This document shows, in pieces, positions 57,714 through 64,000 of a DNA stretch of 64,000 bases. Source of the stretch: Candidatus Rokuibacteriota bacterium (GTDB lineage Bacteria > Methylomirabilota > Methylomirabilia > Rokubacteriales > DASRDR01); NCBI GenBank assembly GCA_044867785.1, contig JBIOVM010000175.1, positions 9,091 to 73,090 on the forward strand. Reading direction: 5' to 3'. The notes beneath the pieces are model-generated. The model was not told the origin of the DNA, did not search any database, and was given only the letters and a program-made list of their open reading frames with translations. The translations under genes and the position numbers were made by a program. Position 1 is the stretch's first letter. Every line of letters begins with the position of its first letter.

Positions 57714-58728
57714 GCTCGACGGGGGCCCCGGCGCTTCTGTACCAGAGGGCCAGGGAGCGGCACTGCTCCGGGAACCGCCGCACGTACTCCTCGATCAGGG
57801 GGGTGAGCGCCGCGCGGCAGCTCGCCACGTCGTCGTCGGGCCCCGGCGCCGGGGGCGGCAGGGCCGGATGAATCGTGATCACGCGCCGCGGTCCCTCGAG
57901 GTGCATGAGGACCGGATGCGTGACGGCTCCGGTCAATCGACGTAGCGCAAGCCACCCGGCGCGCACGACGAGCGGGCCGCCGGGGAGCGGGATCTGGAAC
58001 GACTCCGTGCCCACTCGTCCGTCGGCCGTGATGTAGACGATCTCGCCGGCCCGGAGCAGCTCGACGGCGCGGCGGAGCGCGCTCGCCTCGCCCTGCCGGC
58101 TCGGCCCGTAGAGCGGAATCGTTTCGCCGCCACCCGAGGTCAGGGGCAGGGTCGCGCGATGCCGCCGGCCGGAGATGGCGGCGTTCACTCGATACCCGAG
58201 GATCTGCAGCGCGCGCGGGGTGCCCACCGGGCCCAGATGGAACCCCAGCAGGATCAACCCGCGCCCGGGCGCGCGCTGGCGCAGATGGTCGAGGCCCACC
58301 GCGATGAGCGTGGCTCTCAGCTGGTCCGCGGTCCGGATGCCGACATACGCGTCCTGGGCGATGAACCGGCCATGGTGAGCGAGGAGCGAGATGGCGAGGC
58401 GACGGGGAGTGCGGCACCCGGGCTGGGCCGCCGCCCAGTCGAGCGCCTGACGGAAGCGCGCCGGTCTGAGCACCGCCTGGGCGACGCCGAGGGCCGCCAT
58501 GATGTCCTCGCCCCACGGCCAGGGAAGCCAGCCGAGTCCCCGGTTCACCCAGCGGACGATCGCCCGGTCGGGATCGCGGCGTGCGAAGACCGGATGCACC
58601 GGGGCGCGCCCGACGCGATCTTCGGCGAGCGAGGGACGCACGGCAGGAACGTCGGTCACGATCCTCTCCCGGCGCCCCGGCGGCGCCCCGGTCGGCGCCG
58701 CCGGCCGCGCCCGCTCGGTCTCGGCCAC
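57700..58728 (-). CDS. LpxL/HtrB-like lysophospholipid acyltransferase
   Basis: GLILLGFHLGP, YITADG, EEYVRRFPEQ; TATACT at 58733-58738 just upstream of the GTG. Confidence 0.72.
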   Translation of the reverse strand: MAETERARPAAPTGAPPGRRERIVTDVPAVRPSLAEDRVGRAPVHPVFARRDPDRAIVRWVNRGLGWLPWPWGEDIMAALGVAQAVLRPARFRQALDWAAAQPGCRTPRRLAISLLAHHGRFIAQDAYVGIRTADQLRATLIAVGLDHLRQRAPGRGLILLGFHLGPVGTPRALQILGYRVNAAISGRRHRATLPLTSGGGETIPLYGPSRQGEASALRRAVELLRAGEIVYITADGRVGTESFQIPLPGGPLVVRAGWLALRRLTGAVTHPVLMHLEGPRRVITIHPALPPPAPGPDDDVASCRAALTPLIEEYVRRFPEQCRSLALWYRSAGAPVERGAD

Positions 58729-58772
58729 CGCAAGTATAGTGGGCCGGGAGCGACGAGCAACTGCCGGCGCCC

Positions 58773-59993
58773 CTACCGTTCCGATCCGATCGGACCCGGC
58801 CAGCTTGCGCGCAGAAGCTCAAGCAGCTGCGCGCTCGGGCGCCCGCGGTCGAAGTGAGCGCGCGCGAACGCGTAGCCCTCCCGGATCAGCGTGCGGCGGA
58901 GCCCGGCGTCTCCCATCACCCGCTCGACTCCGTCCGCCAGCGCCTCGCCCGACCCCGGCTCGACCAGGAGCGCCTCGCGCCCATCCCGCAGCGTCGCGGC
59001 GATCGTGCCGATGCCTCCCGCGACGACGGGAAGGCCCTGGGATGCCGCCTCGATGAGGACGCGCGGGAAGCCCTCCCCGAGGGACGCGCTCACGAAGATA
59101 TCCGCGCTCCGATATCGAGAGAGCAGCGCGGGCACGTCCGCGATGTACCCGAGGAACTCGATGCGCTCCGCCAGGTCGTGACGCAGCACCGCCGCCCGCA
59201 CCGTCGCCTCGTAGGACCGGTCGCCCCCGCCGACGAGCTGGAGGCGGACCTGGCGTCCGCGCTCCGTGAGGATCCGTAGCGCCTCCACGAGGAGGAGCAC
59301 CGCCTTTCTCGGGATGATCGAGCCCACGTGAAGGAGGGACACGACGCCGCCCCGGCACGTGTCGTCGCGCTCGTACACGTCGGTGGCGCGCATGTCGAGG
59401 CGGGGGATGGCCTCGACCACGCGAGGATGGAGGTGAGCCAACCGCCGCTGAAGGCCTCGACCGTCCACCAGGGTGAATCGCGCGTGTCGCACGGCCGTGC
59501 GCTCGGCCCATCCGGCCATCCGCCGGTACAGGCGGAGCCGCCATCCGGCAAGAGGCGCCGTCCGCGAGGCGAAGGAGGCGAAGGGGGCGATCTCCTCCCA
59601 GTCGCTCACGAAGTACAGCGAGTAGGGGCGTCGCGACAGTCGGCACAGCAGGTGGGCGAGGACGCCGGGAAAGGAGGGCATCCAGATGTGGACGAACGCG
59701 GCGCCTCGGATCAGGCGGAGCCTCGGCAGCCAGGCGGCGGGCGCGAGCACCGCGCGGAGGCGGCCGCGGCCATCGACTCGCCGGGCGCGGCCTTGGACGA
59801 TGCGCACGTTCCGCGCTTCGCACGCATAGAGCCGGGGCTTCTGGCCGGCGCGCGCGTCGTCGGGGTGCCCGGCTTCGCCGAAGTAGACCACCTGCTCGAG
59901 CCGAGGGGCGAGCTCGTCGACGAGCTCGCCGGTCCGGGAGCCGACTCGGAGGCGGCCCCGATGCTCCGTGACCCCGGGTCCGATGATGAGCAT
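58773..59993 (-). CDS. Glycosyltransferase family 4 (start uncertain)
   Basis: VGSIIPRK, SASLGEGFPRVLIEAA. Confidence 0.85.
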   Translation of the reverse strand: MLIIGPGVTEHRGRLRVGSRTGELVDELAPRLEQVVYFGEAGHPDDARAGQKPRLYACEARNVRIVQGRARRVDGRGRLRAVLAPAAWLPRLRLIRGAAFVHIWMPSFPGVLAHLLCRLSRRPYSLYFVSDWEEIAPFASFASRTAPLAGWRLRLYRRMAGWAERTAVRHARFTLVDGRGLQRRLAHLHPRVVEAIPRLDMRATDVYERDDTCRGGVVSLLHVGSIIPRKAVLLLVEALRILTERGRQVRLQLVGGGDRSYEATVRAAVLRHDLAERIEFLGYIADVPALLSRYRSADIFVSASLGEGFPRVLIEAASQGLPVVAGGIGTIAATLRDGREALLVEPGSGEALADGVERVMGDAGLRRTLIREGYAFARAHFDRGRPSAQLLELLRASWPGPIGSER

Positions 59994-60256
59994 CGTGCCG
60001 CGCGGCCGCCCCCCCGTCGGAGCGCCATCGAGGCCAGTCGAAGGAAGCGTCACGATCGGCTCACCGATCGTGCCGCGGCAAGCGGGACCCGGCGCCCGTG
60101 GGCCGGCCCTCGTCCCTCGGGGACCGCCGCGGACGGGCGGGACGCTCGGTGACAAGGATGCGGACACATTCCCGGAACGATCCACAACGGCGCGCGCCGC
60201 GTCAAGAAGGGCCGCCGGCCGCGCCGCGGTCCGCCAGGACCCCGAGGAGGAAAACT

Positions 60257-60272
60257 TGGCGTCGAGAGTGCA
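60257..60272 (+). promoter_or_regulatory. Possible sigma54 promoter
   Basis: TGGCGTCGAGAGTGCA (GG-N10-GC), 60 nt before ATG 60332. Confidence 0.45.
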
Positions 60273-60331
60273 CTTTGGCATCCTCGAAGGGTGAGGGGCA
60301 TCATCGACGCGAAAGGGTGGGCGAGGTAGGA

Positions 60332-60778
60332 ATGGCGTCGCGCGGGAGCCGGGCAGGCCACGGGCGGCGGTCGGGTCGCCGGCAGGCCCGTCTCCGGGTG
60401 GGGCCCGTGGCCAGCGATCTCGTGATCGTGAGCCGGGCCCTGGCGGACCTGGCTGATTTCCTCCATGGCCGCCAGGAGGCCTCTGGCCGTGGCCGGGTGA
60501 TCCTGGACCGGCGAGTGGGTGACCGCCGCGTCGAGACCCTTTCGGTGGATCGGGACCGCCGACGGAGCGACCGGCGTCACCAAGCGTCGGCCGGCGAGGC
60601 CCTGATGCGTGTCCTGGGTTTCAGCGTCGTTCCGAGCGGAGTCCGGTCGGACGGCGCGGCCCGGCGGCCCGCCGAGAGACGCGCTCGGTCCGTCGGTGGC
60701 GCGGCCGCTCCCGCGCGTCGCGCCGCTTCCTCGCGTCGCGCCGCCTCGTCGCGTCGGCCGCGGCGCCGCACCCGCTGA
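60332..60778 (+). CDS. Hypothetical Arg-rich protein with DRR repeats
   Basis: GAGGT RBS; LVIVSR..VILDRRVGDRR..DRDRRRSDRR. Confidence 0.6.
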   Translation: MASRGSRAGHGRRSGRRQARLRVGPVASDLVIVSRALADLADFLHGRQEASGRGRVILDRRVGDRRVETLSVDRDRRRSDRRHQASAGEALMRVLGFSVVPSGVRSDGAARRPAERRARSVGGAAAPARRAASSRRAASSRRPRRRTR

Positions 60779-60813
60779 CCTCGACGACTCCCTAGTCCCT
60801 ACGCGCAGGCGAG

Positions 60814-62298
60814 TCAGGAGCGGCGCGGGTCGCCGCTCGACGACGGGAGTCCCGTCGCCTCCAGGTCGGCGAACGTGTCCTTGTCGAGCGGCCACTTGGG
60901 CCGGTGAATGCGCGTGAAGGGCACGTTCGAGAAGACGTCGGGCGGCGCGACGTAGAGGATCTCCGCCGCGATCTTCTCGAACTCCGCCCGGAAGTGGTTC
61001 GTGGACTTGACGACCAGCAGCTTCGTCGCCGTCGGCTCGAGCCCGAGCCCGCGGAACACGTCGGGGCTGCGCACCTGGTTGCGGCGGCTGGCGACGATGA
61101 CGTCGAGCCCGCCGGCCGTCAATCGGGCAGCGGGGCCCAGAGAGTTGCCGACTCCCGCGTACCGCTGGTAAAGGTCGTCGGTCACGGCGGCCACCGTCAC
61201 GTCGAGATCGAGCGGGTCTCCCGACAGGAGCCCGGCCTTGCCGCCGATTCGCATGCGGAGCCGCGCGCCCGGTCCGGCCGCGCGGGCGAACGACACGGCC
61301 ATCGGATCCCAGATCGTCGCGAAGGCGCAGTCCGCCACGCCGAGGGCGACCAGCTGCCGGAGCACGACGGTGCTGTCGCCGGGGAAGCCGCCGCCGGGGT
61401 TGTCCGCGACGTCGGCGGCCACCACCGGGCGGCCCGGGATGCGCGCCGCGCGCTGGACGGCTTCGGCGACGGTCAGCATCGGGGGATGGGTGCGCCCTCG
61501 GAGGGCGATCCACCGGAGCCCCAGTTCTTGCGCGAGCGCGGCGCCCTGAGCGGGCCGATCGTCGGTGATCACGAGCATCTTGGTGCCGTTTCCGGGCACG
61601 TCGCCGTACGGGAAGCCGTGCACCGGGGAGATCGACAGGACACCCTCGCGGCCCTCCCGGGCCTTCACGTCGTCGACGAAGCCCTTCATCGGCTGGAGCG
61701 TCGTGAAGTAGCTGCCGATCATCCGGCAGTCCCAGAGCGCCATGTGCGGGCGCGTCCGGCGCTCGGCCGCGTCGACCACGAGCCGGAAGAGGTCCGCCGC
61801 GCGCTCGGCGAAGTCGGTATGGGGGAACTCCTTGTAGAGCACGAGGACGGTGGCCTGCTCGACCATGAGTGGCGTCACGTGGCAATGAGGGTCGAGCTCG
61901 GCCCCCACCGGCACCGCCGGCCCCACGATCTCGCGTACGCGCGCCAGGATGTCACCCTCGCAGTCGTCGTAGCCGTCGGCGACCATTGCCCCGTGGAGGT
62001 TCAGGAGCACCAAGTCGACGGGCATCGCGCGCCGGAGGTCCGCCAGGATCTCGTCGCGGAAGCCTTCCCAGACGCGGCGGACGGTCGGCCCGGCCGGCGG
62101 CGCCGCGGCGCCGAGGCTACCCACCACGCTGACGCCGCGCTCGGCCGCGAGGCGGCGCCAGACGAGGAAGGGCTGCGTGAAGCTGGTCGGCCGCTCCTCG
62201 GGCGGGGCGCCCCGGAAGATCGTGTAGTCCTCCAGCCCGGTCGGCATGGGAGCGAAGGTGTTCGACTCGGTGGCGACGCCGGCGGTGAAGAGCTTCAT
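60814..62298 (-). CDS. M81 family metallopeptidase (MlrC-like)
   Basis: ESNTF, LHGAM, DCEGD, LDPHCH, EFPHTD, DNPGGG, VKSTNHFRA. Confidence 0.93.
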   Translation of the reverse strand: MKLFTAGVATESNTFAPMPTGLEDYTIFRGAPPEERPTSFTQPFLVWRRLAAERGVSVVGSLGAAAPPAGPTVRRVWEGFRDEILADLRRAMPVDLVLLNLHGAMVADGYDDCEGDILARVREIVGPAVPVGAELDPHCHVTPLMVEQATVLVLYKEFPHTDFAERAADLFRLVVDAAERRTRPHMALWDCRMIGSYFTTLQPMKGFVDDVKAREGREGVLSISPVHGFPYGDVPGNGTKMLVITDDRPAQGAALAQELGLRWIALRGRTHPPMLTVAEAVQRAARIPGRPVVAADVADNPGGGFPGDSTVVLRQLVALGVADCAFATIWDPMAVSFARAAGPGARLRMRIGGKAGLLSGDPLDLDVTVAAVTDDLYQRYAGVGNSLGPAARLTAGGLDVIVASRRNQVRSPDVFRGLGLEPTATKLLVVKSTNHFRAEFEKIAAEILYVAPPDVFSNVPFTRIHRPKWPLDKDTFADLEATGLPSSSGDPRRS

Positions 62299-62537
62299 CG
62301 ATGGCCCTCCCGGCGGCGATTCTTCGCGGGGCGCCCGCTGGGGTCAAGGGGGCGCCCGTCCGGCGCCCGCCGGGCAGGGCCGCGCGCCAGCGTCGCGGTC
62401 CGACGGCGGAGCCCGCGGGGCCCTTGACGGGGCCGCCGTCCGGGTCGAGAGTGACCGAGCACCCGCTCCGGACTCGGAGCGGCGGCCGCGCGGCCAGCGG
62501 GCGCCCGCGAGCGCCCGACACGAAAGGGAGGGCCACC

Positions 62538-64000
62538 ATGAAGAGGTTCCGGACCGCCTGGATAGCTGGGCTCGTCGCGCTCGCCGGGGCGTTCCTCGCG
62601 CTGGATCCGCCGGCCTCCGGGCAGGGCGACAAGACCGTCCGCGCCGTGCTGCACGCCGAGGTCAAGCACCTGGATCCGCACTGGACGACGGCGAACATCA
62701 CCCAGCAGCACAGCTACATGATCTACGAGACGCTCTTCTCGCTCGACTCGAAGGGCACCCCGCGGCCCCAGATGGTCGACACCGTCCGGGTGAGCCCGGA
62801 CAAGCTCACCTACACGTTCGTCCTCCGGAACGGCCTCAAGTGGCACGACGGCCAGCCGGTCCGGGCCGCCGACGCCGTCGCGTCGCTCAAGCGCTGGGCC
62901 GTCAAGGACGCGGCCGGCCAGAAGCTGATGGCGAAGACGGCCTCGCTCGAGGCCGCGGACGACAAGACGCTGGTCCTCAAGCTCAAGGAGCCCTACGGCC
63001 TCGTCCTCCGCGCGCTCGCCAAGGAGTACAGCTACGTGCCGTTCATCATTCCCGAGCGCCACGCCGTCCAGCCGGCGGACAAGGCGTTCGAGGGGGAGAA
63101 GATCGGCTCGGGGCCCTTCGTCTTCGCGGAGAAGGAGTGGGTGCCCGGCGCCAAGACGGTCTACCTGCGGAACAAGGACTACGTGCCGCGCGCGGAGGCG
63201 CCCGATTACTACGCCGGCGCGCGCCGCGCCACGGTCGACCGGGTGGAGTGGATCGTGATCCCGGATCCGTCGACGGCGGTCGCCGCCCTCCAGAAGGGCG
63301 AAATCGACTTCATCCAGTACCCGCACATCGATCAGCAGCCGCTCCTGCGCAAGGATGCGAACGTCACGATCAAGAAGGTGGACGTGCAGCAGATGCAGAT
63401 CCACCCGAACCACCTGGTCCCGCCCTTCGACAACCCGAAGGCCCGCCAGGCGCTCGCCTACATGGTCGACCAGCGGGACTACCTCCAGGCCATCGCCGGG
63501 GATCAGGAGAACTGGACGGTCTGCTGGGCGTTCCTCGGCTGCGGCCAGTGGCTGGACACCGCGGCAGGCGCCGAGCCCTTCCAGAAGCAGGACCTGGCCA
63601 AGGCCCGGCAGCTGCTGCAGGAGGCGGGGTACAAGGGGGAGAAGATCGTCGTGATGGCGCCGAGCGACATCGCGACCATCAACGCGGCCTCGCTCACGAC
63701 GGCGGCGCTCCTGCGCAAGATCGGCGTGAACGTCGATCTCCAGGTGATGGACTGGGGGACGCTGACGTCGCGCCGGCCGGTGAAGGACGCGCCCAGCAAG
63801 AACCCGGCCGGCTGGCACATCTTCCACACCACGTCGAACGGCGTGGCGCTGGCCGACCCGTGGGGGCACTCGAACATCTCCACCCTCTGCGAGCGCGCCT
63901 GGTTCGGCTGGCCGTGCTCGCCGCGCGCCTCGAAGGCGCTCGACGACCTGGGCAATGCGGCGCCCGGCTCGGCCGAGTTCAAGAAGCTCCTGCTCGAGTA
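62538..64000 (+). CDS. ABC transporter substrate-binding protein, family 5 (runs off the window; absent from the ORF track)
   Basis: GGGAGG RBS; MKRFRTAWIAGLVALAG signal; LDPHWTT, IYETLF, LRNGLKWHDG, IGSGPF, PFDNPKARQA. Confidence 0.92.
   Translation, partial: MKRFRTAWIAGLVALAGAFLALDPPASGQGDKTVRAVLHAEVKHLDPHWTTANITQQHSYMIYETLFSLDSKGTPRPQMVDTVRVSPDKLTYTFVLRNGLKWHDGQPVRAADAVASLKRWAVKDAAGQKLMAKTASLEAADDKTLVLKLKEPYGLVLRALAKEYSYVPFIIPERHAVQPADKAFEGEKIGSGPFVFAEKEWVPGAKTVYLRNKDYVPRAEAPDYYAGARRATVDRVEWIVIPDPSTAVAALQKGEIDFIQYPHIDQQPLLRKDANVTIKKVDVQQMQIHPNHLVPPFDNPKARQALAYMVDQRDYLQAIAGDQENWTVCWAFLGCGQWLDTAAGAEPFQKQDLAKARQLLQEAGYKGEKIVVMAPSDIATINAASLTTAALLRKIGVNVDLQVMDWGTLTSRRPVKDAPSKNPAGWHIFHTTSNGVALADPWGHSNISTLCERAWFGWPCSPRASKALDDLGNAAPGSAEFKKLLLE

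Noticed and set aside
60700-60760. Short repeats cgcgtcgcgccgc
   Set aside because: Low-complexity RRAASS coding tail, not an independent element.
62295-63869. 524-aa minus-strand ORF
   Set aside because: Antisense to the ABC substrate-binding gene that starts at 62538.

Overview
A very GC-rich bacterial window (about 70%+ GC by eye). The gene style suggests Methylomirabilota/Ca. Rokubacteria, but I cannot verify that. No rRNA, tRNA or CRISPR array was seen. In order, it contains: (1) 0.5-11.3 kb, a surface-glycan locus with two sulfotransferases, an unusual adenylation-ACP-thioesterase(Cys)-GT92 fusion protein and GT2/GT4 genes; (2) 11.4-20.5 kb, a decaying general-stress island with intact katE, a DUF892-like ferritin, YihY, DUF1003 and a PG-binding protein among about ten gene stubs; (3) 20.6-26.1 kb, a tightly coupled operon GT4 / PqqD-RRE with a fused YxxPxL leader-like tail / HPr-kinase-like / GT4 / GT2 / radical SAM-SPASM, the best candidate for an undescribed RiPP-like or glycoconjugate system; (4) 28.6-30.2 kb, a UGSC-type selenoprotein (in-frame UGA plus SECIS-like hairpin, split in the ORF track) with its partner gene; (5) assorted enzymes: Mo-oxidoreductase, MBL hydrolase, M23 peptidase, sigma54-preceded opgH, DUF72, a PolX lacking its polymerase aspartates, ureohydrolase, nitrilase and DLH; (6) 45.4-50.8 kb, an ECF-sigma/YciI module with three copies of a shared promoter motif, one preceding a BNR beta-propeller + MoaD/ThiS-like + DoxX operon; (7) a DMFase large subunit, an amidohydrolase, an LpxL-like/GT cluster, an M81 peptidase and an ABC substrate-binding protein cut by the window end. 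All calls come from motif recognition by eye; no database searches were run.
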